64,000 bases of DNA from an uncultured Eubacteriales bacterium (GTDB lineage Bacteria; Bacillota; Clostridia; Oscillospirales; CAG-272): NCBI GenBank assembly GCA_934401725.1, contig CAKRSS010000001.1, positions 732 through 64,731 of the forward strand, given 5' to 3'. The first letter of the stretch is position 1, and each line of letters begins with the position of its first letter. The position numbers and the translations under genes were made by a program. The notes under the pieces were generated by a model. It did not search any database and was not told the DNA's origin. It was given only the letters and a program-made list of their open reading frames with translations. Shown piece by piece: positions 17,282 to 26,821 of this stretch.

Positions 17282-18871
17282 GTGCTGTTTACCTCGGTTG
17301 AATTTCTGATGTTTGCGGCGGCGCTGCTGGTGCTTTACTACGTCGTGCCGCGCAAATGTCAGTGGCCCCTGTTGCTCGCGGCAAGCTACATATTTTATGG
17401 CCTTGCCGACGTGAAGTATCTCATCTACATCGCCGTCGTGACGCTGACGTCCTACCTCACGGCGCTGCGGATGGGCGAGATGAGCCGCAATGAGAACGCG
17501 TACGTCGAGTCCACGCGGGGGAGCATGTCGAAGGAGGAGCGCAAGGCCTATCGCGCGGCAGAGAAGAAAAAACGCCGTCGCGTTCTCATTCTGGGACTTG
17601 TCGCCGGGTTCGGCATACTGGCGGTGATAAAGTACACCGCCTTCGCGGTCGTCAACATCAACTCGGTGCTGCACCTCTTCGGCTCGTCCGGGCTGACAGT
17701 GCCGCGCCTGCTGCTGCCGATGGGAATATCCTTCTACACCTTTCAGGCGATGGGATACCTCATCGACGTCTACCGCGGAAAGACTGAGGCCGAGCGCAAC
17801 CCCGCGAAATACGCGCTGTTTGTCGCCTACTTTCCGCAGCTGATACAGGGCCCTATTTCCCGCTTCGGCGACCTCGCAGGCCAGCTGACCGCACCTCACG
17901 CACCGGATGCCGAGGGCATCTGCCGCGGCCTTATCCGGGTGCTGTGGGGCTACTTCAAAAAGCTGGTCGTGGCTGACCGTATGCTCGTCGCCGTCAAGGC
18001 GCTGACGGACAAGCCCGAGGAGTACCGCGGCGTCTACGCGTTGCTGCTGATATTATTTTACTCGGTCGAGATATACGCCGACTTCACCGGCGGCATCGAC
18101 ATCACCATCGGCCTCTCCGAGGCGCTCGGCATACGGCTCGCGGAGAACTTCAGACATCCCTTTTTCTCAAAGTCCACAAAGGAATACTGGCGGCGCTGGC
18201 ATATCACCATGGGAACGTGGTTTTCGGATTATATTTTCTATCCGCTCTCGGTTTCGGCTCCCATGCAGAAGCTGTCCAAATGGGGACGCGCGCACCTCGG
18301 CACGGGGCTCGGAAAGCGCCTGCCCGTCTACCTCGCGACGCTTGTCACCTGGTTTCTGACGGGCCTGTGGCACGGCGCGGGCTGGAATTTCATAGTCTGG
18401 GGACTGCTCAACGCCGTTATAATTCTCGTCTCGCAGGAGCTGTCACCACTTTATGAGCGGTTTCACGCGGCCGCGCCGCGGCTGTGCGCGTCGGGCGGGT
18501 ACGGCGTCTTTATGATGGCGCGAACCTTCCTGCTCATGGGAACCGTCCGCGTGCTCGACTGCTATCGCGACGTTCCGTTGACCTTCCGCATGGTGGGCAG
18601 CATATTCACAACGCCCAACTGGTCGGCGCTGTTCGACGGCTCGGTCGCCTCTCTCGGACTCGGCGCGGCGGACTACATTCTCGTGGCGCTGTGCTGCGTT
18701 TTGATGGTTGCCGTCAGCGCGTACGGCGAGAAAAAGGATTTACGACGCGAGCTCGCAGCGCACCCGGCCGCGTTTTGCGCCGTCGCGGCGACGTTGGTGT
18801 TTGTTATCGTGATATTCGGCGCCTGGGGCGTCGGATATGACGCAAACCAGTTTATTTACAACCAATTCTGA
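17282..18871 (+). CDS. MBOAT family O-acyltransferase (DltB/AlgI-like)
   Basis: The product is multi-TM, with RRWHITMGTWFSDYIFYPL, GLWHGAGWNF and a C-terminal QFIYNQF. Confidence 0.8.
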   Translation: MLFTSVEFLMFAAALLVLYYVVPRKCQWPLLLAASYIFYGLADVKYLIYIAVVTLTSYLTALRMGEMSRNENAYVESTRGSMSKEERKAYRAAEKKKRRRVLILGLVAGFGILAVIKYTAFAVVNINSVLHLFGSSGLTVPRLLLPMGISFYTFQAMGYLIDVYRGKTEAERNPAKYALFVAYFPQLIQGPISRFGDLAGQLTAPHAPDAEGICRGLIRVLWGYFKKLVVADRMLVAVKALTDKPEEYRGVYALLLILFYSVEIYADFTGGIDITIGLSEALGIRLAENFRHPFFSKSTKEYWRRWHITMGTWFSDYIFYPLSVSAPMQKLSKWGRAHLGTGLGKRLPVYLATLVTWFLTGLWHGAGWNFIVWGLLNAVIILVSQELSPLYERFHAAAPRLCASGGYGVFMMARTFLLMGTVRVLDCYRDVPLTFRMVGSIFTTPNWSALFDGSVASLGLGAADYILVALCCVLMVAVSAYGEKKDLRRELAAHPAAFCAVAATLVFVIVIFGAWGVGYDANQFIYNQF

Positions 18872-18891
18872 CCTGAAAGGACATCACAAAT

Positions 18892-19509
18892 ATGAAAATT
18901 GTACTTGCTACGCGCAACAAAGGCAAGATTCGTGAGTTCGGGGACCTGCTCTCAAGGTATCTCAAAAAGATAGACGTGCTCTCGCTTGACGACATCGGTT
19001 TCGATGGTGAGATAGAGGAGAACGGCTCGAGCTTCGAGGAAAACGCCATGATAAAGGCGCGCGCGGCCTCCGATTTTTCGGGGCTTATCGCCGTCGCCGA
19101 CGACTCAGGGCTGGTGGTCGAGGCGCTGAACGGCGCGCCGGGTATACATTCGGCGCGATATTCCGGCGTCGAGGGGCCCGACCGCGACCGCGCCAACAAC
19201 GAAAAGCTGCTGCGCGAGCTCGAGGGCGTCAGCGTGCGCGACGCGGCGTTTGTCTGCTGCATCGCCTGCGCGTTTCCTGACAGTATGCCTGCGCGCGATT
19301 TTACCGTCTACGGCGCGACGCCGGGCGAGATACTGTGCGCGCCGCGCGGCGAGAACGGGTTCGGCTACGACCCGCTCTTCTGGTACGACGACCTCGGCAA
19401 GACCTTCGCCGAGATGACGCCCGAGGAGAAAAACAGCTTAAGCCACAGAGCCCGCGCGACTGTCAAGCTCGCGGAGCGCTTTGCAAACATGATAATAGTC
19501 GGAGAGTGA
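18892..19509 (+). CDS. rdgB: XTP/dITP diphosphatase (RdgB/HAM1)
   Basis: Translation reads MKIVLATRNKGKIREF...DDSGLVVEALNGAPGIHSARY...GFGYDPLF. Confidence 0.9.
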   Translation: MKIVLATRNKGKIREFGDLLSRYLKKIDVLSLDDIGFDGEIEENGSSFEENAMIKARAASDFSGLIAVADDSGLVVEALNGAPGIHSARYSGVEGPDRDRANNEKLLRELEGVSVRDAAFVCCIACAFPDSMPARDFTVYGATPGEILCAPRGENGFGYDPLFWYDDLGKTFAEMTPEEKNSLSHRARATVKLAERFANMIIVGE

Positions 19510-19512
19510 AAA

Positions 19513-19809
19513 ATGACATCCAAAATGACATCAAAACAGAGAGCTTACCTCCGCGGGCTTGCCTCGCGCGAGGACACCATTATGCAGATAGGCAAGGGCG
19601 GCATCAGCGAGGCGCTGATTTCCACCGTGTCCGACGCGCTCGAGGCGCGCGAGCTGATAAAGCTGCGGGTTCTTGAGAACAGCGACGAGTCGCCGCGCAG
19701 CGCGGCCGAGGCGCTTGCCGCGGCCACGGGAGCCGAGGTGGTGACGGTCATCGGCACCAAGTTCGTGCTCTACCGCCGCTCCGAAAATCACCCGCGCATC
19801 GAGCTATGA
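19513..19809 (+). CDS. yhbY: YhbY-like CRM-domain RNA-binding protein
   Basis: Translation reads LTSKQRAYLRGLA...IMQIGKGGISEALISTVSDALEARELIKLRV. Confidence 0.85.
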   Translation: MTSKMTSKQRAYLRGLASREDTIMQIGKGGISEALISTVSDALEARELIKLRVLENSDESPRSAAEALAAATGAEVVTVIGTKFVLYRRSENHPRIEL

Positions 19810-20417
19810 TCGACGGAATTGAGCGCGTCGGCGTCTACGGCGGCACGTTCGCGCCGGTGCACAACGGTCACGTCGCGGCGGCGCGCGCGTTTTACGAGCA
19901 GATGAAGCTGGACAGAGTGCTCATCATCCCTGACCGCATCCCGCCGCACAAGTCGATAGACCGCGGCGACGACCCCGAAAAGCGGCTCGAGATGTGCCGG
20001 TTGGCGTTCGATTTTGAGGGGGCGTGCGTGTCCGACATCGAGCTGCGCCGCGAGGGCGTCAGCTACACTGTCGACACGCTGCGCGAGCTGAGCAGACCCG
20101 GTCGCAAGCTGTTTCTCCTCTGCGGAACCGACATGATGCTGACCTTCGACGAGTGGCACGAGTTCCGCGAGATATTCAGACTTTGCTGCCCTGTGTATAT
20201 CAGACGCGAAAACGACACATCACTAAATCAAAAGATTATAGCTAAAAACTCGGAGTATTTTCGGAAATACAACGTCGCGTTCCGCAGAATTCTCTCGGAT
20301 CCCATCGTGATGAACTCGTCGGAAATCCGTGCGGCGGTGCACGAGGGAAGAAGCATTCACGGCATGGTGCCGGATGCGGTCGAGAAGTACATCAAAGAAA
20401 ACGGGCTTTATGTGTAA
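19806..20417 (+). CDS. nadD: nicotinate-nucleotide adenylyltransferase
   Basis: Translation shows GVYGGTFAPVHNGHV...IPDRIPPHK...SSEIR. Confidence 0.9.
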   Translation: MIDGIERVGVYGGTFAPVHNGHVAAARAFYEQMKLDRVLIIPDRIPPHKSIDRGDDPEKRLEMCRLAFDFEGACVSDIELRREGVSYTVDTLRELSRPGRKLFLLCGTDMMLTFDEWHEFREIFRLCCPVYIRRENDTSLNQKIIAKNSEYFRKYNVAFRRILSDPIVMNSSEIRAAVHEGRSIHGMVPDAVEKYIKENGLYV

Positions 20418-21093
20418 ATACGGTATTACTGACGCGCGGCTTGACCGCCTGCGCGGGGACGTCGAAGGACGGCTGTCAGCGGCGCGGTTCGGGCACACGC
20501 TCGGCGTCGAGCGCGCGGCTGTCTGGGCGGGCGAGAGGCTGTGTCCAGACGACGTGCCGATGCTACGCGCCGCAGCGCTGCTCCACGACGTTACGAAAGA
20601 ATATTCTTTTGAAAAACAGTTGAAAATCTGCGGCGATTTTGGTATAATATTAAGAGAGGACGAGAAAAATTCCCCCCAGATACTGCACGCGATAACAGCG
20701 GCGGCGATTATCCCCTCGGAGTACCCGGAGTTTGACATTCCGGAGCTCGTCGGAGCCGTCCGCTGGCACACGACCGGCCGCGCCGGAATGACGCTGCCGG
20801 AGAAAATAATTTTTCTCGCCGACTACATCGAGGACGGCAGAAAATACGATTCCTGCCGCGCTTTGCGCGAGTCGTTTATGCGCGAGCTGTCGGAGGTCTG
20901 CGAGGCAGATGCTTCGGTTGCGGCTGCACCTGAGAATACCGCCTCACCCACCGCACGCCGTCTTGCCTGTCTTGACCGCGCCGTGCTCGCCGAGTTGCGC
21001 GGAACGCTTCGCTCGCTTGCTGAGCGCAGCCTTCCCGTAAACGCGGACACGCTGAGAGCCGAGGCGTTTGTCTCGGCAGAACTCGGAGAGTGA
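20410..21093 (+). CDS. yqeK: HD-domain Ap4A hydrolase YqeK
   Basis: Translation shows RFGHTLGVERAA...LLHDVTKE...WHTTGRAGMT...LADYIE. The ATG at 20410 overlaps the nadD end by 8 nt. Confidence 0.8.
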   Translation: MCKYGITDARLDRLRGDVEGRLSAARFGHTLGVERAAVWAGERLCPDDVPMLRAAALLHDVTKEYSFEKQLKICGDFGIILREDEKNSPQILHAITAAAIIPSEYPEFDIPELVGAVRWHTTGRAGMTLPEKIIFLADYIEDGRKYDSCRALRESFMRELSEVCEADASVAAAPENTASPTARRLACLDRAVLAELRGTLRSLAERSLPVNADTLRAEAFVSAELGE

Positions 21094-21231
21094 CGCCGCA
21101 ATACAAATTGCGACAGCGCATCACATATTCATAAAAATCAGTCAACTGCGCCTTTTGGTTTCGCTTTTGAGACACCACGATGGCTTCGGATTACATATCT
21201 GCGGCATTGCCGCGACAGAGAGGTGTTTATT

Positions 21232-22320
21232 GTGATCCGAAAAGAATCCGACCGGCTGACGGTCCTCCCGCTGATATTTGCGGTGCTCGTTATTGTATTC
21301 GCGTTTTTTGCAACCTACGCTATGGCGCTCTATTTTGCCAAGGACGACGGTCCCACCGTCGAGGTCGGCAACGGCGACGCGGCGTCGGGAACGGCGCTGC
21401 TGACCGCGGGCAAGTCCGATGCGGACGGCAGGTATGTCTTTCTCGCCGCCGGAGAGGATGCCATATCGGGGCTGACCGACGTCATACTGCTGGTGTCCAT
21501 GGACACCGGGGCGGGGACGGTCAGCATAGTCCAGCTGCCGCGCGACACCTACCTGCGCTACACCGAGCGCACCTACAAAAAGCTCAACGGCGCGTCTCAC
21601 GCGCTCGGCGGCCTGCGCGGGCTTGCCGAGGTGCTGGAGTCGTCGCTCGGCGTGCATGTGGATTACACGATTGAATTCACGCTCGAGACCTTCTCGCAAC
21701 TGGTCGACCTCATCGGCGGCGTGCCCATCACCATACCCTGCGACATGGACTACGACGATCCCTCGCAGGAGCTGTATATTCACCTGTCGGCGGGCGAGCA
21801 TGTGCTCGGCGGGGCGGAGGCGGTGCAGTTTGTTCGCTTCCGGTCGGGGTATGTGCAGGGCGACATCGGCAGAGTCAACGCGCAGAAGCTGTTTATCGCG
21901 GCATTGGCACGCCAGGTGACGCAGGGCGTCAGCCCGCTGCGGCTCCCGGCCATCATCGGCGCTGTGATAGGGCAGGTCAGGACGGACATGGGCTTTTCCG
22001 AATGTCTGAGCTTTGCCCGCGCTGCAATGAAGCTCGACACCGCCGACATTGTTATGCTCACGCTCCCCGGCCGCGACGCGAGAACGGGCGGCGACAGCGG
22101 CGCATGGTATTATATTATGAACAGGGAAGCGACGCGCGAGGTCATGGTGCGCCACTTCGGACTGCCGGAGGACGCCGAACTCGACCCCGGACGGCTGTTC
22201 ACAAACGATGAATACCCCCATTTCGATAAGATATACGACGCCGGTGACATCACTCCGCGTGAGTACCGGGCTGACGATATAAACCAAAACGGTATAGGCA
22301 TCGACCTTACCGGAGGATAA
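21232..22320 (+). CDS. LytR-CpsA-Psr (LCP) family protein
   Basis: It has an N-terminal TM segment, then DVILLVSMDTGAGTVSIVQLPRDTYL...LVDLIGGVPITIP. A GTG at 21232 lies 9 nt after AGAGG. The track start at 21223 is too close to the RBS. Confidence 0.8.
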   Translation: MIRKESDRLTVLPLIFAVLVIVFAFFATYAMALYFAKDDGPTVEVGNGDAASGTALLTAGKSDADGRYVFLAAGEDAISGLTDVILLVSMDTGAGTVSIVQLPRDTYLRYTERTYKKLNGASHALGGLRGLAEVLESSLGVHVDYTIEFTLETFSQLVDLIGGVPITIPCDMDYDDPSQELYIHLSAGEHVLGGAEAVQFVRFRSGYVQGDIGRVNAQKLFIAALARQVTQGVSPLRLPAIIGAVIGQVRTDMGFSECLSFARAAMKLDTADIVMLTLPGRDARTGGDSGAWYYIMNREATREVMVRHFGLPEDAELDPGRLFTNDEYPHFDKIYDAGDITPREYRADDINQNGIGIDLTGG

Positions 22321-22337
22321 AGAAAGGAAGTAAAAAA

Positions 22338-22784
22338 ATGCAAGAGATAATGTCCGATGAAGAATATAAAAAGCTGCCTTCGCTCAAGGACGCTGACCCG
22401 CTGACGCTGGCCGAGGCCGTACACGACATACTGTACGACAAGCGCGGCCGCAACATCAAGATACTGAAGGTCGAGAGCCAGACCGTCATCACCGACTACC
22501 TTGTGCTGTGCACCGGTACCTCGGGAACGCAGGTTCGCGGACTCGCAGACGAGGTCGAATACAAGACCTCGCTGCGCCACCTGCACCCGACGGGCGTCGA
22601 GGGACGCGGCAACAGCTCGTGGATTGCGCTGGATTACGGCACGGTCATGGTTCACATATTCAATCGCGACGCAAGAGATTTCTACAATCTCGATAAGCTC
22701 TACGGCACCACCACGGAGATTTCCTCCGACGAGGGCGTCGAGACAAACGAAAATACACAGGAAACGCAGGAAACCGACTCATGA
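22338..22784 (+). CDS. rsfS: ribosome silencing factor RsfS
   Basis: Translation shows DKRGRNIKILKV...TDYLVLCTGTSGTQVRGLADEV...WIALDYGTVMVHIF. Confidence 0.9.
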   Translation: MQEIMSDEEYKKLPSLKDADPLTLAEAVHDILYDKRGRNIKILKVESQTVITDYLVLCTGTSGTQVRGLADEVEYKTSLRHLHPTGVEGRGNSSWIALDYGTVMVHIFNRDARDFYNLDKLYGTTTEISSDEGVETNENTQETQETDS

Positions 22785-25192
22785 AATACGATTATCTCAG
22801 TGTTGAAAAAAAGTGGCAGGACAGATGGGCGGACGCCGGAGTCTTCCACGCGCTTGACGAGAAGGAGGCGGGCGGCAAGCCCAAGTTCTACGCGCTCGTC
22901 GAGTTTCCCTATCCGAGCGGAGCGGGAATGCACGTAGGACATATCAAGGCTTATTCCGGCCTTGAGGTTATCTCGCGTATGCGCCGCATGCAGGGCTATA
23001 ACGTGCTCTTCCCGATGGGCTTTGACGCCTTCGGTCTCCCCACCGAGAACTACGCGATAAAGACCGGCATGCACCCGCGCGCCGTCACCGACAGGAACAT
23101 AGAAAAGTTTACACAGCAGCTCAAGCGCGTCGGTTACAGCTTTGACTGGCGGCGCGTCATCGACACGACCGAGGAGGACTATTACCGCTGGACACAGTGG
23201 ATATTCCTCAAAATGTTCGAGGCCGGCCTCGCTTTCCGCGACACCGCGCTGGTCAACTACTGCCCGAGTTGCAAGGTCGTGCTCTCGAACGAGGACTCGC
23301 AGGGCGGAAAGTGCGATATCTGCCACAGCGACGTCGTGCAGAAGTCCAAGGACGTCTGGTATCTGCGCATAACCAAGTACGCGGACCGCCTGCTCGAGGG
23401 GCTCAAGGACGTCGACTATCTTCCCAACATAAAGCAGCAGCAGATCAACTGGATCGGCAAGTCGGAGGGCGCGTTTGTCAACTTCGGCATATCCGGTAAG
23501 GAGGACAAGCTGCGCATCTATACCACCCGTCCCGACACGCTGTTCGGCGTGACCTTCATGGTCATGGCGCCCGAGCACCCGCTCATCGACAAGTATGCCG
23601 ACAACATCGCCAACATGGCCGAGGTCAAGGCATACCGCGCCGAGTGCGCCAAGAAGACAGAGTTCGAGCGCACGCAGCTGGTCAAGGACAAGACCGGCGT
23701 CCGTCTTGACGGGCTGTCCGCCGTCAACCCGCTGACCGGCAAGGAGATACCCATCTACATCGCCGACTACGTCATGATGGGCTACGGAACCGGCGCAATC
23801 ATGGCCGTTCCCGCGCACGACGAGCGCGACTGGACGTTCGCGCGCAAGTTCGGAATCGACGTCGTCGAGGTCATCAAGGGCGGCGATATTGAGAAGGAGG
23901 CCTACACCGGCGACGGCGAGATGGTAAACTCCGGCTTCCTCAACGGCTACACAAACAAGAAGGATTCCATCCGCCGCGCAGTCGAGGAGCTTGAGCGCCT
24001 CGGTGTCGGAGAGGGCGGAGTCCAGTATAAAATGAAGGACTGGGCCTTCAACCGCCAGCGCTATTGGGGAGAGCCGATACCCATCGTGCACTGCCCGAAG
24101 TGCGGCATGGTGCCCGTCCCATACGAGGAATTGCCGCTGAAGCTGCCCGAGATGAAGGAGTTCGCTCCGGGGCAGAACGGCGAATCGCCGCTGGCGAGAA
24201 TCGACTCGTTCGTGCACTGCAAGTGTCCGAAGTGCGGAGGCGACGCCCGCCGCGAGACCGACACTATGCCGCAGTGGGCGGGCTCGTCCTGGTACTTTTT
24301 GCGCTACGTCGACCCGCACAACAATAAGTGCCTTGCCGACTACGACAAGCTGAAGTACTGGATGCCCGTCGACTGGTACAACGGCGGCATGGAGCACGTC
24401 ACCCGCCACATGATTTACTCGCGCTTCTGGCATAAGTTCCTCTATGACATCGGCGTTGTGCCGACCGAGGAGCCCTATGCCAAGCGTACCGCGCAGGGGC
24501 TGATTCTCGGCCCTGACGGCGAGAAAATGTCAAAGTCCAAGGGCAACGTGGTCGACCCGAACAGCGTCATCGACGCCTACGGAGCCGACGTGCTGAGAAC
24601 CTACGTCCTCTTCATGGGCGACTATTCGGCCGCCGCGCCGTGGTCGGAGAGCAGCGTCAAGGGCTGCAAGCGCTTCCTTGAGCGCGTCGCCGACCTGCCG
24701 TCCATGGTGAGGGGAACCGGCGCGACACAAGCGCTCGACTCGTCCTTCCACAAGACGGTCAAGAAGGTGACGGACGATTACAACAACCTCAAGTTCAACA
24801 CCGCCATCGCGGCGCTCATGGGACTGCTCAACGAGATTATGGCCTGCGGTCAGCTCACTCGCGACGAGCTCGTGACCTTTATCAAGCTGCTCTCGCCCGT
24901 CGCCCCGCACCTCTGCGAGGAAATCAACGAGGGACTTGGCAACAAGACGCTGCTCGCCGTCTCGCCGTGGCCGGAATACGACGACAACAAGACCGTCGAC
25001 GCGACCATCGAGGTGGCAGTTCAGTTCAACGGCAAGCTGCGCGGAACCGTCATGCTTCCCAAGGACTGCCCGCCTGCCGAGGCCATCGCCGCAGCGCACG
25101 CCGACGAGAAGGTCGCCGCCATGCTCGAGGGCAAGACCATCGTCAAGGAAATCGCGGTTCCCAACCGTATAATCAATTTCGTCGTTCGCTGA
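22781..25192 (+). CDS. leuS: leucine--tRNA ligase
   Basis: The 803-aa product shows FPYPSGAGMHVGH and KMSKSKGN. Confidence 0.97.
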   Translation: MKYDYLSVEKKWQDRWADAGVFHALDEKEAGGKPKFYALVEFPYPSGAGMHVGHIKAYSGLEVISRMRRMQGYNVLFPMGFDAFGLPTENYAIKTGMHPRAVTDRNIEKFTQQLKRVGYSFDWRRVIDTTEEDYYRWTQWIFLKMFEAGLAFRDTALVNYCPSCKVVLSNEDSQGGKCDICHSDVVQKSKDVWYLRITKYADRLLEGLKDVDYLPNIKQQQINWIGKSEGAFVNFGISGKEDKLRIYTTRPDTLFGVTFMVMAPEHPLIDKYADNIANMAEVKAYRAECAKKTEFERTQLVKDKTGVRLDGLSAVNPLTGKEIPIYIADYVMMGYGTGAIMAVPAHDERDWTFARKFGIDVVEVIKGGDIEKEAYTGDGEMVNSGFLNGYTNKKDSIRRAVEELERLGVGEGGVQYKMKDWAFNRQRYWGEPIPIVHCPKCGMVPVPYEELPLKLPEMKEFAPGQNGESPLARIDSFVHCKCPKCGGDARRETDTMPQWAGSSWYFLRYVDPHNNKCLADYDKLKYWMPVDWYNGGMEHVTRHMIYSRFWHKFLYDIGVVPTEEPYAKRTAQGLILGPDGEKMSKSKGNVVDPNSVIDAYGADVLRTYVLFMGDYSAAAPWSESSVKGCKRFLERVADLPSMVRGTGATQALDSSFHKTVKKVTDDYNNLKFNTAIAALMGLLNEIMACGQLTRDELVTFIKLLSPVAPHLCEEINEGLGNKTLLAVSPWPEYDDNKTVDATIEVAVQFNGKLRGTVMLPKDCPPAEAIAAAHADEKVAAMLEGKTIVKEIAVPNRIINFVVR

Positions 25193-25294
25193 CATGAGGC
25201 GCCACCGCGCGACACACGAATTGCGCGGTGGTGCCATAAAATGCCCGAGCGAGTTAATTTATTTCCACCGGAACGAATTTTTGAAAAAATTCTA

Positions 25295-25323
25295 TTGACA
25301 AGCGGCGGAGATTGATGTATAAT
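25295..25323 (+). promoter_or_regulatory. perfect-consensus promoter TTGACA-17-TATAAT upstream of rpsU
   Basis: The hexamers are at 25295-25300 and 25318-25323. Confidence 0.6.
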
Positions 25324-25384
25324 ACTAAAGTAAATTTGTCGAGAAGCTCAAAGCTCTGACTGCAACCGGAGGGAGGGAAAAAGA

Positions 25385-25561
25385 ATGGCAGAAGTTAAGC
25401 TGAAGGAAGGCGAAACCCTTGATAGCGCTCTCCGTCGCTTTAAGCGTCAGGTTGCCCGCACGGGTGTCCTTGCCGAGCTCCGTAAGAGAGAGCACTATGA
25501 AAAGCCCAGTGTAAAGCGCAAGAAAAAGTCCGAAGCGGCCAGAAAGCGTAAGTACAAATAA
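25385..25561 (+). CDS. rpsU: 30S ribosomal protein S21
   Basis: My own translation gives [58 protein letters not shown] (58 aa). The gene is below the ORF-track cutoff. A GGAGGGAGG RBS is present. Confidence 0.9.
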   Translation: MAEVKLKEGETLDSALRRFKRQVARTGVLAELRKREHYEKPSVKRKKKSEAARKRKYK

Positions 25562-25597
25562 TCCATTAGTGTGCAAGCCCTATGGGATTGCGGTTGA

Positions 25598-25640
25598 GGC
25601 GGTATCACAGCTCAGGCTGTCGTGCCGCCTTTTCTGTTTT
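25598..25640 (+). terminator. Rho-independent terminator after rpsU
   Basis: The stem GGCGG..CACAGC-TCAG-GCTGTC..CCGCC is followed by TTTTCTGTTTT. Confidence 0.6.
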
Positions 25641-25671
25641 GCCACGTGGGCTGAGACAACGCGGGCGGGTT

Positions 25672-25741
25672 TAAAAAACATGGGCACGGAGTGCCCATGT
25701 AAAAAAGTTGATTTGAAAGCGCGGTGCACCGCGCTTTTTTG
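25672..25741 (-). terminator. two hairpin terminators downstream of ldh
   Basis: AAAGCGCGGTG/CACCGCGCTTT (25716-25737) and CATGGGCAC-GGAG-TGCCCATG (25679-25699) are both flanked by A/T runs. The first is also usable on the + strand. Confidence 0.5.
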
Positions 25742-25747
25742 TCTGCC

Positions 25748-26734
25748 CTACCGCTGCGCCGCGGCGAGCGGCGCGTCCGAGATTTCGACGGACGAGATAA
25801 TATCGCGCATTTTGTCGGCGGAGGCCATAAGCGCCTCACGTTCATTGTCGCTCAGCGGCAGCTCGAGCACGCGCCGGACGCCCTCGCGCCCGACGATGCA
25901 GGGAAGTCCGAGACAGACGTCGCGAAGCCCGTACTCGCCCTGAAGCAGCGACGAGACCGGCAGTATCGAGTCCTCGTCGTGCATGACGGCGTTGACAATG
26001 CGCCGCACCGCCTCGGCAATGGCGTAGTAGGTCGCGCCCTTGGCCTCGATTATCTCGTAGGCCGAGTTTTTGACCTGCTCGTACATGCTGTTCAGACGCT
26101 CCATGCCGCAGTTGAGGCAGTTGTCGCGGCAGAAATCCGTCAGCGGAATGCCGGAAACCGTGGCCGAGCTCCAGACGGCAAGCTCGCTGTCGCCGTGCTC
26201 GCCTATGATAAATGAGTGAATGTTGCGGCTATCCACGCCGAGGTACTCCCCGGCCATGTACTTCAGCCGCGCGGTGTCGAGTACCGTGCCCGAGCCTATG
26301 ACGCGCTGCGCCGGGTAGCCCGACAGCTTCAGCGTCGCGTAGGTGAGGATGTCGACGGGGTTGGTCACGACGAGAAGTATGGCGTCGGTTGTGTAGCGCA
26401 CGATGTTCTGTACAATCGACCCGAATATGCGGACGTTGGCGCGGACAAGGTCTGTCCTCGACTGGCCGGGACGCTGGTTTGCGCCGGCCGTGATGATTAT
26501 CATCGAAGCGCCTGCGACGTCGGGATAGTCGCCCGCGAAAATGTTCATGGGCGCGACGAAGGGCATGCCGTGGTTGAGGTCGGCGGCCTCACCCTCCGCC
26601 TTTTTGCGGTTGACGTCGATGAGGACTATTTCCGAGAAGGTGCGGTCGAGCATGAGCGAGTATGCGGTCGTGGCTCCGACGTTGCCACAGCCGATAATGA
26701 CGCACCTGCGCATGTCGGTTTGGATGTTGTTCAT
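25748..26734 (-). CDS. ldh: L-lactate dehydrogenase
   Basis: Translation shows VIIGCGNVGATTAYSL...VLIDVN..KAEGEAADLNHG...ITAGANQRPGQSR...IGEHGDS. Confidence 0.9.
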   Translation of the reverse strand: MNNIQTDMRRCVIIGCGNVGATTAYSLMLDRTFSEIVLIDVNRKKAEGEAADLNHGMPFVAPMNIFAGDYPDVAGASMIIITAGANQRPGQSRTDLVRANVRIFGSIVQNIVRYTTDAILLVVTNPVDILTYATLKLSGYPAQRVIGSGTVLDTARLKYMAGEYLGVDSRNIHSFIIGEHGDSELAVWSSATVSGIPLTDFCRDNCLNCGMERLNSMYEQVKNSAYEIIEAKGATYYAIAEAVRRIVNAVMHDEDSILPVSSLLQGEYGLRDVCLGLPCIVGREGVRRVLELPLSDNEREALMASADKMRDIISSVEISDAPLAAAQR

Positions 26735-26747
26735 TTTTTGTTTTTTA

Positions 26748-26798
26748 CTCCGGAATAAAAATAAGCAGGGAGGCGGCGTGTGCCGCTTTCCTGCTTAT
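26748..26798 (-). terminator. terminator after the YhhN-family gene
   Basis: The stem ATAAGCAGG/CCTGCTTAT (26761-26769/26790-26798) has an inner GC stem. It is followed on the - strand by a T-rich run. Confidence 0.5.
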
Positions 26799-26821
26799 AT
26801 TTTGTCCGCCGGCGCTGAAAA

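Noticed and set aside
22700-24433. 577-aa ORF antisense to leuS. Similar long antisense ORFs lie at 41748..42731, 44273..46942 and 48988..51138.
   Set aside because: The opposite strands encode unmistakable LeuS, ClpE, S2/EF-Ts/RsuA and Tex proteins. The antisense translations are low-complexity (V/D/G/A/L/R) and lack starts with an RBS.
25198-25235. 13-bp hairpin (GGCGCCACCGCGC…GCGCGGTGGTGCC) right after leuS, considered as a terminator.
   Set aside because: There is no T-run after the stem (ATAAAATG follows). It may still pause or terminate transcription, but it does not meet intrinsic-terminator criteria.
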